Notes under the pieces: model-generated
Told to the model about the DNA's origin: nothing
The model's input: only the letters and a program-made list of their open reading frames with translations
Databases searched by the model: none
NCBI GenBank assembly: GCA_010909165.1
Contig: VJWM01000314.1
Location: 19,046 to 83,045 of the forward strand
Source of the DNA: Anthoceros angustus
Lineage: Eukaryota > Plantae > Anthocerotophyta
Length of the DNA: 64,000 nt
Direction: 5' to 3'
Position numbers and translations under genes: made by a program
Part shown: positions 50,561-63,667 of the stretch, one piece after another
How the letters are laid out: each line of letters begins with the position of its first letter
Numbering within the stretch: position 1 is the stretch's first letter

Positions 50561-51139
50561 AGGTTCGTAATAGTTTTAAGCTAGAAACCAGCCATGCCTT
50601 CTGAAAAGGCGTAACCCTAATGAAGCGTTATGACCCTTTAAAATAACTTAAGTGAATGAACCCTAAACATGATTCCAACACATCTATTTTGCGGATGTGG
50701 AGAAAGGGTAGGCACAAGCCATGTGAGGTTTGCCCTACCTCTACAACCTATAACAAAACAAAAGGAAAATACCAACTCCTATTTGCCTGAAACCTATGCG
50801 AGCAACATACATGGTGCTTGGAGGAAAGGACGACCACGTCCCCATGGAATATGTATGTGAGAAAAAGGGATAAAATGATGTGGTTAGGTGCATATCCATG
50901 TGAAGAGTACGAAGGACACACCAAGCACTTGTATAGTAAGTGACCTAACGAATGACTAACTCAACACCATTTTTCTTCCCACCCATGGAGTGTTTTGTAG
51001 GGTCCTTTTGGGCATTAGAGAGAGAAGAGAAGGAGTACAGTGATGATTACTTGGAAATAGAAGAGGAAATAAACATGCTAGATAAACTTTGTGGATTGTA
51101 AAAATTGGAAAATACCTACTAGTTAGCTGGCTTAACCTC

Positions 51140-52330
51140 TTGTACTCCTAACATTTTCATGTGTTTTAAATGCAAATCTCTTCCTAATGACTTGGTTAAA
51201 AGGTCAGCTGGGTTGTTTTGAGTTGGTATATAATTGATATCTATTGTTTTATTTTCTAACATTTCCGTATGTAATGATACTCATTGCTATATGTTTAGTT
51301 CGAGTGGAAAAGCAGGTTCCTAGCTAAGGCAATAGCCCCCGCATCCGAGAGGTGTAGGTCCATCTTGGGGATAATTCAACTCTCAATGCTAACCTACTCC
51401 AGACTATATCCTTGGAGGAGGTGAGGACCCTATACTCGACTCAGTCGACAAAGCAATGGTTGGTTCTTACTTGACCATGAAATGGGTGCACCTCCTAGCG
51501 ATGCATAGCGGATCTGATTTGCGGCTATCGGGATCTCCAAGTCGGCATGATAAGGTTAATTGTAACTTAGATATGCCGGGAACATGTTTATACATCAATC
51601 CTGTGCATAGTCCCTTTTAAAATACCTGAATATTCTCTTGACACATTGCCAATGTTGTCGTCCGGATTCTCAAAAATTGTGAGGCACTAACTTCAAAAGA
51701 TATATCGGGTCTTGTGAAGTTACTTAAATATATTAAGGTGCCAACAAATGTAGTATGGCTGACATTCCTTTCTCTGCATCTTTTAGGGCTCATATCTGCG
51801 TAAGCCTTGTGCCACTTGGAAATGGTGTGGTGGCTTAGCATCTTCTAGTCCAAACTTATTTAAGCTTTCTTTTATATATTTTGTTTTGAACCAAGGAAAT
51901 GGATTTATTACCTCTATTTCTTATAATGTTAACGCCATAAGGGCATAACTAAGGTCTCCAGTGCTCATTTCATAATGACTTCTCAACAAAACCTTACGGT
52001 TCTTTGCATGTAGGCGTCCTCTTGAAGGTCACCATGCAAGAATGCCCGTCTTGACATCCATACAGCAAGTTCCATATCATCACGGCAAGCAGAACACATG
52101 AAAGTTGTCATTTTGACTCGGTGAGAAAATCTCATCAAAGTCAATGCAGGTACATTGCTTGAAACCCTTAGCAACCAATCGTGCCTTGTACTTTGGTTTG
52201 CCATCATGAGTATGACCTTCATCTTGTACACCATTTGCGGTAGTGCCTTCTTATCATAAACGGAACCAACTCCCAAGTTTGGTTCTTATGCGGTAATTCA
52301 TTTAAAGCATGGCCTTCTCCATACATTTGT
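51140..52330 (-). pseudogene. Copia RT and RNase H fragments
   Basis: YIPTQNNPADLLTKSLG (51180-51235), GGAPISW, VGTLIYLSNFTRPDISFEV, AFLHGDLQEDAYMQ and KARLVAKGF. Confidence 0.85.
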
Positions 52331-53239
52331 TACTCGTGATATGGCCTCTTTGTAAGAAGAGGGTTCCCCTGTCTGTCGGCCTTAACATAATCGAGAGATG
52401 GATCATGTAATCACGCGACCCTCGAAACACGAGCACCTCTATAGGTGCTTGTTCGACTCTTGGTTCATCTATCGGTGGAGGAATGTGCTGCACATTACCG
52501 CGATTATCACACGCCCTTGATGATCATGTCCATCTTCTTGGAAGATCACCCTTCAGCACCTCCACGGTTGGAGTAGGCTTCTGGCCATCTTGTTCTCATT
52601 GAAGAATACGTCGTTAGTACAAACAACCTTTCTAGCCTCTGGATCACAAGCGGTATCCCATCTCACGGAATCACCATAGCGAAAAATACATTTCTTGGAC
52701 TTGGGTGCCAACATCCCGAAACTCTTTTGGAACATGGCGGTATGCCTCACGAAACACTTTCATGGATGCTTGTAGGATGGTTTCTTTCGGACCATAGCTC
52801 CTGGAACCTCCTCATCACGCCTTATTAGGAGATCTGTTAATAAGATGAGCTGCGATGAACCTTTTGCTTACCCAAAACCCATTAGGCAATCGAGCTTGAC
52901 AACAAACTATGCATCCTCTCTGATTGGATTACATTCATCGCTCGGCCACACCATTTTGTGGAGGAGTATCTGTGATCAATTCTCTTTTGATTCCCTTGGA
53001 ATCACGAGAATGGCTGAAGCTATGTAAAGAATATATACTGAGTTCGTAATAGTTTTAAGCTAGAAACCAAAAGCCATGCCTTTGAAAAGGCGTAACCCTA
53101 ATGAAGCGTTATGACCCTTTAAAATAACTTAAGTGAATGAACCTAAACATGATTCCAACACATCTATTCCTTCTCCACTTGTTGGTCATGATTCATTTGC
53201 ATGTTCGATCTTGAGAATTCGTCGTCTTTTAGTGGGCTA

Positions 53240-56200
53240 ATTCAGTGGGTTGTCTTTAGTCTTCGGGATATACATGCTAGCATCGCTTTGCTTTGAACAA
53301 AACCATATTTTGTAAGCTTGTCATGTATATCATTATTCCATTCCTTGCACGATTGCTTAAGGCCATAAATGCCTTTAATGAGCCTGCATACATGGTCTTC
53401 TTTACCTTTGACTTCATAGCCTTGAGTTGTCTCATGTATATTTCTTCTTGGATTCTTAGCTAGAGCCGCCAGACCTTGGTTATACATGTGAATAGTCGAA
53501 GTTGGGATTGGTATTCCCAACTCTGATAACTTACACCATACTATTCCTTGGCTGCGCGATCGAGGCGATACTCCGCTTGTGAGACAAAACAGCAGTTGGT
53601 TGCTTTTGCGGACCGACATCTCTGCGACAATCGAAATCACATGGCGACTCGATTTTCTACTAAAGAGTTGTACTCAATCTCTACCTTCCATGTGTCTTTC
53701 TCGGAGAGGAAAATGCTTGTTTCAAGGTTAGCGGTTCCTCCGGATCAACTGGCTTTGTAACACTTGATAATAAGGTGTGAGAGGAGAAATGGGGTCATCA
53801 GTGACAAGATATCCCAAAGGTGGTTCCTTCCATCCAGTCCTGCAGCATGGTCTAGTCCTAAGATTGTACCTTGTGCGTTGTTGAATGTGTTCTTCAATGT
53901 CGACCACTTGTTGAGTGGTTCCCGCAGTGCAGCTCTTGTTGCTCGTCGTCAATTCATCCACTTGCTCGGCGGGCTCATCCTCAAAAGGAATACGATCCTC
54001 CTCACGAATTTCAACATCATAGTCGATTTCATCATCTTAAATGTTGAGGTTCTTCTAAATCGTGGATCCGGAGTAGTTGGTCGCCTCTTGGAATATATTC
54101 TAACTCCTCCTCCTCCTCCCGCAAGGTTCATCCATAGGAGCTTGCTGCGGAGGGAGTGAATGAATGATGACAAAATCATCGTCATCAAAAGTGGAAGGCT
54201 CCGGATGCGCAGAGGAAGGAGCATCGGGAGTAATGGGAGCAGATGCCCCCAGAATAGGAGAAAGAATATGAGATTCATGAAAGGTCACGCTCCTAGCATA
54301 AATGAGCTTTCGGGTAGATGGGTCAAATAACTTGTAACCCTTAATGCCTTCTGTGTAGCCAATAAAGGTATATTTGGCTGCCTTGGGATCCAGCTTCTTG
54401 CGTTGTACTTTGGGGATGAACACATAAGCAGGGGATCCGAAGATTCGTAAATGATCAATGAAGGTTTTCTCCCAAGACCCGCGCCAGGCGCGATGCCCTA
54501 GGAGGTTTGCACCTAGGACAACTACCAAGATCGAGACGGGTGTTGAGAACAAGGCGATCCTATGACAGCGAGGGTTGGAAGGCGAAAGGGACAACAAAGA
54601 GTTACAGGGCGCAAGGTTGAAGGCCTCGAACTTCGTCGGGATATAAACACTTCCTCTTCTCCGTCGCCAATTTGAGGCGCGCACAAAATTAACGAACACG
54701 GATTTTGCCTACTATGATATGGCTCCACCCACCATGTGCACGTAAGTTTCCCAAGCCTAAACCGCAGCGAAGACTCAGTTGTGGTGTGGCTCACTGAGGC
54801 ACCATGCTCCTGTCTGGTACCAAAGTCAGGATCGGGCTCCGCAGCCCGAAGATGAGGCGCGTGAAAGTCGAAAGTCGGAGTTCATTCTGCTCATGTCATC
54901 GACCGTCTGATAAGTTCTTTGGTCTGCATCTTTCGCGCACGTCACTGCTGATAACTTCCAGGAAGAGGGTTGCTAACATGTGGTTTTGTTTCCTGATGTG
55001 TGTGTAGAGTCCACTAAGAGGATCAAAAGAGAGGCCAGGCAGAAAGATAAGCAGAAAGTTGAGGAAGCACCATCTAGAAAAAGAAACCACTCAAGTTCCA
55101 TTGAAGAACTGTCACCCGGTAGCCGTTACAACCAATACTGCATCGAAGATGAGTCTACTTCCGAATCCTTGCAGTCTGGAGACGAAATAGACTTTGGATA
55201 CACTTCTATTTTATGGTGACATGACTCGGAGTTTAGAGCTAGGATTACAGTTTAGACTAAGCTGGATGAGAGAGCTTGTTCCTCTCCCATGCCAAGATGC
55301 TGGATGTGCTTGTAGTGAGCATCTCTGCTCATAGCCTTAGTGAGTATGTCGGCCGGGTTCTCTTGTACTGGATTCTTAGCTAGAGCCATCGAACCTTGGT
55401 TATCTGTGTGAATAGTCGTGCAAGTTGGGATTGGTATTCCCAACTCTCGTAACCACTACTATTCCTTGGCTGGCTGCTGATCGAGCCGATACTCTCCGGC
55501 CACGTGAGACAAAACAGCGATTGGTTGCTTTTTGCGGACCGACATCACATGCGACAATCGAAATCCATGCGACTACGATTTTCTACTATCAATATCACCG
55601 GTACGTGGTGTCAGAAGACTTCAAGGTCAATGCTTTTCCTTTTGGTATTTATCGTAATGCCCATTTTGGCTGCCTTTGGTGCTCGAAGACGTTTAAGACT
55701 TGTCGATGTTCGATCACGGGTTTTCAGGAGTGCAATACACTTGTGGTATATGCTATTTCAAGCCTTGTTGTGTTGCCATATATTAGATTATAGCATACAT
55801 GCCTGAGTATGCCTTTCATCTGCTCTTTCTCATCATGAGTAGAAGGTGACATCATTTTACTTAACCGACCCGGTTGGCATAGGTGTTGTCGAGCTTTGCA
55901 TCCTTAAGGCCAAGTTGCTCAGCACAATCAAGAAGGTAGCGTGGTTGAGTCAAAGTCATAACCGCGTGCTTCTGTTTCTTTGAAGAAAGAAAAGGCGACT
56001 CTTATGGCGGAGGATGTAGGTGAGGACGACCGAATAATCATCTGAAGGTTAAAAATATCTACAACCACTAAATGAAGGTGCGAGATATCGGACCACAAAT
56101 GTCTGTGAACCAACTCTAAGTGGTTCCCGCAGTGCAGCTCTTGTTGCTCGTCGTCAATTCATCCACTTGCTCGGCGGGCTCATCCTCAAAAGGAATACGA

Positions 56201-57660
56201 TCCTCCTCACGAATTTCAACATCATAGTCGATTTCATCATCTTAAATGTTGAGGTTCTTCTAAATCGTGGATCCGGAGTAGTTGGTCGCCTCTTGGAATA
56301 TATTCTAACTCCTCCTCCTCCTCCCGCAAGGTTCATCCATAGGAGCTTCTGCGGAGGGAGTGAATGAATGATGACAAAATCATCAACAAGATCATCAAAG
56401 TGGAAGGCTCCGGATGCGCAGAGGAAGGAGCATCGGGAGTAATGGGAGCAGATGCCCCATAGGAGAAAGAATATGAGATTCATGAAAGGTCACGCTCCTA
56501 GCATAAATGAGCTTTCGGGTAGATGGGTCAAATAACTTGTAACCCTTAATGCCTTCTGTGTAGCCAATAAAGGTATATTTGGCTGCCTTGGGATCCAGAC
56601 TTCTTGCGTTGTACTTTTGGGGATGAACACATAAGCGGGGATCCAAGATTCGTAAATGATCAATGAAGGTTTTCTCCCAAGAAAAGCTTCATATGGAGTC
56701 ATGCCTTGATGCCTCTGTAGCCTAACATGAGTTCGTGCCTTGTCGATAACTTTTAGATAATGTAGCTTGGGTGAGCAAACTGTGATCTCCAGGCGTAAAT
56801 TTTGTTTTACCTCGCCATTTTCGAGGTGTGTGTACCACACTAAGTTGTTCGCTATACCTTGTGCAAAAATCAGCAAATTCATTGAAGTGAACTCTCCTCC
56901 ATTATCGGAGCGAAGAGTTTTAAGCTTCTGTCGGTAAGTCTCTCGCCCACATCATATATTCTTTGAATGTATGCCAAGACAACTTTGTAAAGGTCCTAAG
57001 CAGGACATCTTGAACTTTGTATAACTTGTCCTACATAATGCTTGTAATGAAAACTTGGTTTATTCTTGGATAAGATTAGATCATTCGTACACTTTGCGGA
57101 TAGCATATAACATCTCCTTTAAGATATATGTATAAACTGCTGTCAGCCTGACTCTTAGTAAATCCAAGCTCTAGCAGTTCTGTGTCTAAGGTAGCATTCC
57201 ATTTCATAGCTGATTGCTTAAAACCATATAAGCACTTGATCAGTCTGCAAGCATGGTTTTCCTTACCCTTCACTTCATATCCTGGTGGCTGCTGCATGTA
57301 TATTTCAGTGTCTAACTTGCCATACAAGAAGGCTATTTTGACATCATACATTTGTAACTCATAATTGTAATGTGTGGATATGGCCAGGAGAATTCGGAGT
57401 GTTGACACCTTTACAACTGGAGCAAAGGTTTCAAGGTAGTCCAAGCCAGGGACTTGGGAGAAACCCCTCGCCACCAAACAAGCTTTATACCGCTCGAAAT
57501 GCAATCCTTAACTTTTAGTTTAAACACCCATTTGCGAAACCGGTTTTACGTAGGTAATTCCACAAGCTCCATGTTCCGTTCTCCATCAAGGAGTCATACT
57601 ACGGCGAATTGCTTTTCCCAGTCTTTGTGATTAGGTCTACTCAGCGCCTCTTCATGGGAG
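53240..57660 (-). pseudogene. Shuffled copia INT, RT and RNase H fragments (family C)
   Basis: VCRLIKGIYGLKQS; HLRIFGSPAYVFIPKVQRKKLDPKAAKYTFIGY (twice: 53917-54470 and 56120-56680); HTDNQGSMALAKNPV and NPADILTKAM; RSDNGGEF; [27 protein letters not shown]...DVKIAFLYGKLDTEIYMQQPPG. Confidence 0.85.
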
Positions 57661-57989
57661 GTTCAATAGGGTCAGAGAGGTTGCAGCATGATTGTCACAT
57701 GGGAAGAAGAAGCCGTCACGGAGCACGGTAATAATGGAGGTTGTCTATGGATGGATACAACCGGCTCGGTTCTTCGACAATTGGAGGTCAACAAGTTCAG
57801 CATCTAAAGTGTTCAATCTCATTGTTCGGAGGATGTAGGTGAGGACGACCGAATAATCATCTGAAGGTTAAAAATATCTACAACCACTAAATGAAGGTGC
57901 GAGATATCGGACCACAAATGTCTGTGAACCAACTCTAAGGGTGCCTTAGCCCTCCGAGGGATGGATTGTGGAATGGAGCTTGATGACGT

Positions 57990-58660
57990 TGGTTATGACG
58001 CAAGCTTCACACCGTGGAGAGGTTCAAGTTTAGGAATACAGGAGTTCTATACAGTTTCCTTAGACATTTGGATAAGCTTTTGGCTATTCGGATGACCTAA
58101 TCGGATGCCAAAGCATGGTGCTTGAAGAGTGGGAATGGGAGGCTACATTGATGAGGTGTAACGGACCCACTTGACCGAGAGTTTATAGAGTCCATCTTCT
58201 AGTGTTCAGGCATTGTGATACTTATTAGTATGATAGTAAAGGAGACACAAAATCGGCTTCAAGGATAATTTGCATGTTATGTTCTTGACATAAACTAGCG
58301 GTGACACTAGATTCTTGCACATGGAGGGTACATAAAGGACATGGGAGAGAGTAAGAACCTGCCCGTGGAGCACTTTAATGCCACGGAACCTACACCAAAT
58401 ATGGTGAGGTTATGGTCGTCGCCTAGGAGCACTGTTGTTGTCCTTTTGATGGCGAATACTCAAAAAGTTAAGTCGTGACATATATGAGATGTTGCACCGT
58501 CTAAATACCAATTTTGGTTTGATGGCTTGGAACTTGCCAAGCAGAAATGGATGGAGTTTTGGAGGCTTCTTCAACGTGCTCAAATGGTGACCTCCTTCTT
58601 TGGCTCACCATTTTCTTCTTCCAACAATCCTTCTCCATATGGTTGGTCATCTTGCACCAA
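57990..58660 (-). pseudogene. Copia gag knuckle, protease and GAG-pre-integrase fragment
   Basis: [20 protein letters not shown](.)GATSHI at ~58480-58510, and RLGHPN at ~58090. Confidence 0.75.
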
Positions 58661-58669
58661 TTGTAACTC

Positions 58670-60150
58670 ATAATTGTAATGTGTGGATATGGCAGGAGAA
58701 TTCGGGGTGTTGACACCTTTACAACTGGAGCAAAGGTTTCAAGGTAGTCCAAGCCAGGGACTTGGGAGAAACCCCTCGCCACCAAACAAGCTTTATACCT
58801 GTCGAAGGTACCGTCTGCCTTAACTTTTAGTTTAAACACCCATTTGCGAAACCAGTTTTACAAGGTAATTCCACAAGCTCCATGTTGCTTCTCCATCAAG
58901 GAGTCATACTACGAATTGCTTTTCCCAGTCTTTGTGATTAGGTCTACTCAACGCCTTCTTCAGGGAGGTTCAATAGGGTCAGAGAGGTTGCGCATTGATT
59001 GTCACATGGGAAGAAGAACACGTCACGCAGTGTAATCGGGAGGTTGTTCATGGCCAGAGAGATATACGGCTGGTTCTTGACAATTGGAGGGTCAACAAGT
59101 TCAGCATCTAAGGCAGGTTCAATCTCAATAACTTGTTCTGGAGGATGGTGATCCTGTTGATCCTGATGAGTGTTAGGTACATATGGTTGTGCAAGCTCTG
59201 CAGTTGCGTCTTCAAGACCAACAAGTTCAAAAACTTCTGAATCATCAACAAGATCATCAACCGGATCATCCCCACCCACAGGGGCAACATCCTCAGCAGG
59301 AACAACTTGAGTCCCATGATCAGTCTGATCAAAGTGTGAATCTTGAAGCACTGTTATGTCATCGTCAGTAGGAGGGGGATCCTGGGAAGCTCCCACTGAT
59401 TCCCAAGTGCTGCCTTCATCAAAGGTAACACTTCTGGCATATATTACTGTATTGGTAGGGACATCATAGAGTTTATATGCCTTGATGCCCTCTGTGTAGC
59501 CTAACATCAGAAGTTTACGTGCCTTGTCTGATAACTTTTTCCTCTTCTCTTTAGGAATAAAGGCATATGCGAGACAGCCAAAGGTGCGCAGGTGAAGAAT
59601 GGAGGGCTTGCGCCCCGTGAAAGCTTCATACGGGGTAAGACCAACAACTGAAGTTGTGGGCAATCTATTCTTAAGATAAGTAGATGTCATAATGGCTTCT
59701 GCCCAATATGGCAGGGGGAGCTTGGCATGTTGTAGAAGAGAAGATGTCATCTCCTGCAACGTTAGGTTAAGACGCTCAGCAACTCCATTTTCTGGTGTAG
59801 AACTCGTGTGGCGGCCACCAAGCGGTAATCACGAAACTCATTTGAGGTAAACTCTCCCCCATTGTCTGATCTTAAAGTTTTAAGTTGCTTTCCGGTCCAT
59901 CTTTCGACATACTTAAGGTAATCCTTAAAGTGAGTAAAGCATTCACTCTTCTGCTTCAAAATGTAAGTAGTAACAAACCTCGTTTTGTCATCTGTAAATG
60001 TCAGGAAGTATTTACCACCACCAATGGACTCCTGTGAAAGAGGTCCACACAAATCTGTATGGACAAGTTCCAAGACATCGAAGCCCTATGAGGTGCCTTG
60101 TTTTAAAAGGCGCTTGATGTCTCTTTGAAAGAACACAAGATTCACACAAA
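58670..60150 (-). pseudogene. Copia integrase and RT start (best-preserved copia segment)
   Basis: ELVHTDLCGP...YFLTFTDDKTRF...LKTLRSDNGGEF; LPLPYWAEAIMTSTYLKNRLPT...TPYEAFTGRKPSILHLRTFGCLAY; [28 protein letters not shown] precedes RT, the copia order. Confidence 0.92.
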
Positions 60151-60209
60151 AGTGGTACGAGGCCCTATATGCCCATGTTGGTAAAGATCACTTACGCCTA
60201 GTTGTTGTA

Positions 60210-60712
60210 AGGAATCGCCTCCTTCATCCTTATAGTATATAAGTGACGTGTGGCGATCAATAAGCTCATTCCATCTTTGGAGGCATAAAGTCGAGCTAAC
60301 TTCTCCCACATCTCGGTGTTTGCGTCGCAACTTGGAGTACCATCGCTTGTAAGTCCGTTCATTAAAACGTCTGCTCTCCGATCTTTGGCTTCCCATTCAT
60401 CTATAGCGAGTCCCAAGTGGAACATTCTTCCGTCTTGACAATATTCCATAAGTCGGGGTACTTGGGGCACCTGCTGTTGCCATACATCGTACTTGCCGTT
60501 GAATCTATCTTTGTCTTTAAGTTGTCACCTTGAATCACTTGAGGCTTGGATTCATTACGCTTTTTAGCTTTCTCCTTTTCTTCCCTTTTAAATTGCTCCC
60601 ATTCATCTCGCCATATAGATTGTTGTTCTTCAAGCCATTTGGTCTTTTGGCGGCCAAAATTTTGCTCGCTCAAGTCATCAATATCCACGTCGAGATCGTC
60701 CGACCCCACCAT
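60210..60712 (-). pseudogene. Copia gag N-terminal fragment
   Basis: DRFNGK..DVW...DLWNIVK and EMWEKLARLYASKDGMSLLIATRHLYTIRMKE, preceded by a charged N-terminal extension. Confidence 0.7.
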
Positions 60713-61483
60713 TGCAAGTAATTTTAATGATGCAGGTTATGCTGGTTGACACGTCTTCTTGCATTGTTTTGCGGGAAAGAGGCGGCGGTGCACAACATTT
60801 CTTCAAATTATGAATTTCGCATCATAATCGAATCTGCAGACTTACAATCAAGTGAGAAGAGACCTTGTGAAAGGTCTCGGTCAACAAGTCTATCGGTGAT
60901 AATATTGATTTGTTGTGTATTGTAAGTCAATTTCTCATTGATAGGAGTGATTTATTCTAAGTTCTCTAATGGAATCAAGAGATTGCTGCAGATGATCCGG
61001 ATTAGGAGCGAAGATACTAGCCTTATTTTTATGTACTTAGAGATGGCGGACTCTATGGCACTATATTGATAAAGGCTAAATGTAGAAAGGAGAGCTTCTG
61101 AGCATAAATGATATCTTGTACTCTATCTCGACTTAGACAAAAGGGCTTCAATGAGACAACATACTTGTGCCTCTAAAACATCAACTGAGGAGAAGTCAAA
61201 CTCCTCCGAATGTAAGAAGATTTGATTTGATGTTGTTTTCTTCTTCTTTGAAGCCTTGATCTTCCTCCTAAATTCTTGTCTGCTTGGATTAAAGGAATCC
61301 ATGGAGGCGGACAAGAAATTGATGCACAATGTGTGCATCATTGTGCGCTGGTCACCGATGATTCTTTGCTAAAGGCGAAATCTCCGCATTATCTTCATTT
61401 GAAGTACTACAAACGCAAAAGCATTGGAGAGTAAATTGCCTAGAGCATAAGGAAGCGAGGTGCTCAAGCACAAAGAGCTAAAT

Positions 61484-61530
61484 GCTCGATACCATGATGA
61501 GAATCAATAGCTCTTAGATAGAAGAGAAGA
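61484..61530 (-). promoter_or_regulatory. tRNA-iMet PBS next to the end of a truncated copia 5' LTR
   Basis: Minus strand ...TCTCATCA-TGGTATCGAGC (canonical TGGTATCAGAGC minus one A). 61495-61529 equals 48538-48572. Confidence 0.85.
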
Positions 61531-63667
61531 TGTCATCTCACGCAGCGTTAAGTTAAGGCAGCTCGGCAACTCCATTTTCTTTGCCGGGTGTAGACTCTTG
61601 TGGTGGCCCTCGAAGCGGTAATCACGAAACTCATTTGAGTAAACTCTCCCCATTGTCGATCTTAAGTTTTAAGTTGCTTTCCGGTCCATCTTTCGACATA
61701 CTTAAGGTAATCATAAGTGAGTAAAGCATTCTTACGCTTCAAAATGTAAGTAGTAACAAACCTCGTTTTGTCATCTGTAAATGTCGAGTATTTACCACCA
61801 CCAATGGACTCTGTGAAAGAGTCCGTCTGTATGGACAAGTTCCAAGACATCGAAGCCATGAGGTGCCTTGTTTTAAAAGGCGCTTGATGTCTCTTTGAAA
61901 GAACACAAGATTCACACAAAAGTGGTACGAGGCCCTATGCCCATGTTGGTAAAGATCGGCGTATTCGTTGTTGTAACTTTGCTGAATGTGGATGGCCTGG
62001 TCGTGAGTGCCACGATTTTGACTTTCTATCATTGTGCGGATGTGGTGGTTGCACCCTTTGTCAAGCTTAAGAATGGTAAGCTCATGCGTATGGAGCGGAA
62101 GTCTCTGTCACGATGACCCATAGGCAAGTACTTTATTATGATTAGAAGCATCTAGTACTTGACATTACATTTTAGTGAATAAGATGTGTGATGGTATCAG
62201 CATTGACTTTTCTGAAATGAGGTTTACGTGTCATATCAGTGCGTAGTAGGCGTCATGCGATGCTAACACATTTCTGATGGCGGCGAATTATTAGACCCGA
62301 GGAGAGACTAGGGATCATCATCACCTAGGTATACGTCTTGATCCTTAAGCTTATTTGTACGTTTGAACGCTCCTCTGTCTAAGCAAATATGTACATTTTA
62401 GCCCACTGTGTCTAAGTACCAATCAATGGTGTGCTTAACATTTTGTATTTCTTGTGACGACGGCGAGGAACAAGAATGAACTTGTTGCAACTATAAGTTG
62501 TTGTAACAACTAACTACCTAAAGCCCTAGCTCTAAATTAATGTTTAAGTAATGAGGCCCTATGCCCATGTTGGTAAAGATCGCTGACAGCTAGTTGTTGT
62601 AACTTTGCTGAATGTGGATGGCCTAGTCGTGAGTGCCACGATTTCGACTTTTCTATCTGTTGTGCAGATGTAGTGGTTGCACCCTTTGTCAAGCTTAAGA
62701 ATGGTAAGCTACTGTCTGTATGGAGACGGAACAAGTCTCTATCTGATGACCCATAGGCAAGTACTTTATTATGATTAGAAGCATCTAGTACTTGACATTA
62801 CATTTTAGTGAATAAGATGTGATGGTATCAGCATTGACTTTCTAAGCAAATGAGGTTTACGTGTCATATCAGTGCGTAGTAGGCGTCATGCGATGCTAAC
62901 ACATTTCTGATGGCTGGAATTATGTGCCAAGACCCGAGGAGAGACTAGGGATCATCATCACCTAGGTATACGTCTTGATCCTTAACTGCGTTTCGCTCCT
63001 CTGTCTAAGCAAATATGTACAGCCCCAGTGTCTAAGTACCAATCAATGGTGTGCTTAACATTTTGTATTTCTTGTGACGACGGCGAGACAAGAATGAACT
63101 TGTTGCAAACAACGATGTCTGTTGTGAGGCGAAGGGGTTGGTAAACTGACAACCACGTGAGTCTCAGCACTGGTTGAACCATCCTTGCGAGGAACACCAG
63201 CTTGCTTTTTCCGGCACTCACGCTCCCAGTGACCAGGTAACTTGCACCAGTTGTAGTTTCCTGTCCTTTTTGGTTTTCTCTGGTTGGCTCCTTGTCCTTG
63301 TGAGCCACTACCTCTTGAGGTACTGCCCCCACCCCTGTTGTAGGGTCTTCCTCCTCCACGTCCTCTGTTGGATGTATAGAGGGCTTGCTGTTTACCAAAA
63401 CGTTTATTATGATACTTTGTTGCTTCCTCTTGTAGTAATGCTCCCACTAACTTTGCAAAGGTGGTTTCTGGAAGGGAAACATTGGAAGCCCTTGCAAGTT
63501 TCTCAGTTTGGAGTCTGGAAGCGTTAAAGGAGGTCACGAAATGTGACCAAGTTTCTGGTAAAGATATAAGGAAATAAAGTGTAAGTGTTTCATCCTTTAT
63601 AACCTCGTTTGAAGCACTTTCCGGTTGGACACAAGTGTTACGAAATGTCAAGATGTTTTTCAATTGA
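61530..63667 (-). pseudogene. Copia gag, protease, GAG-pre-integrase and integrase (frameshifted, partly tandem-duplicated)
   Basis: LISLPETWSHFVTSF...LVGALLQEEA, knuckle YNWCKLPGHWERECRKK, WYLDTGA, WHSRLGHP and CESCVLSKRH. 61930-62490 repeats 62560-63105. Confidence 0.85.

Noticed and set aside
54470-54830. Possible LTR and PBS (TGGTACCAGAC on the minus strand near 54812-54822) of another element
   Set aside because: It is single-copy in the window, the PBS match is weak and there is no adjacent TG..CA terminus.
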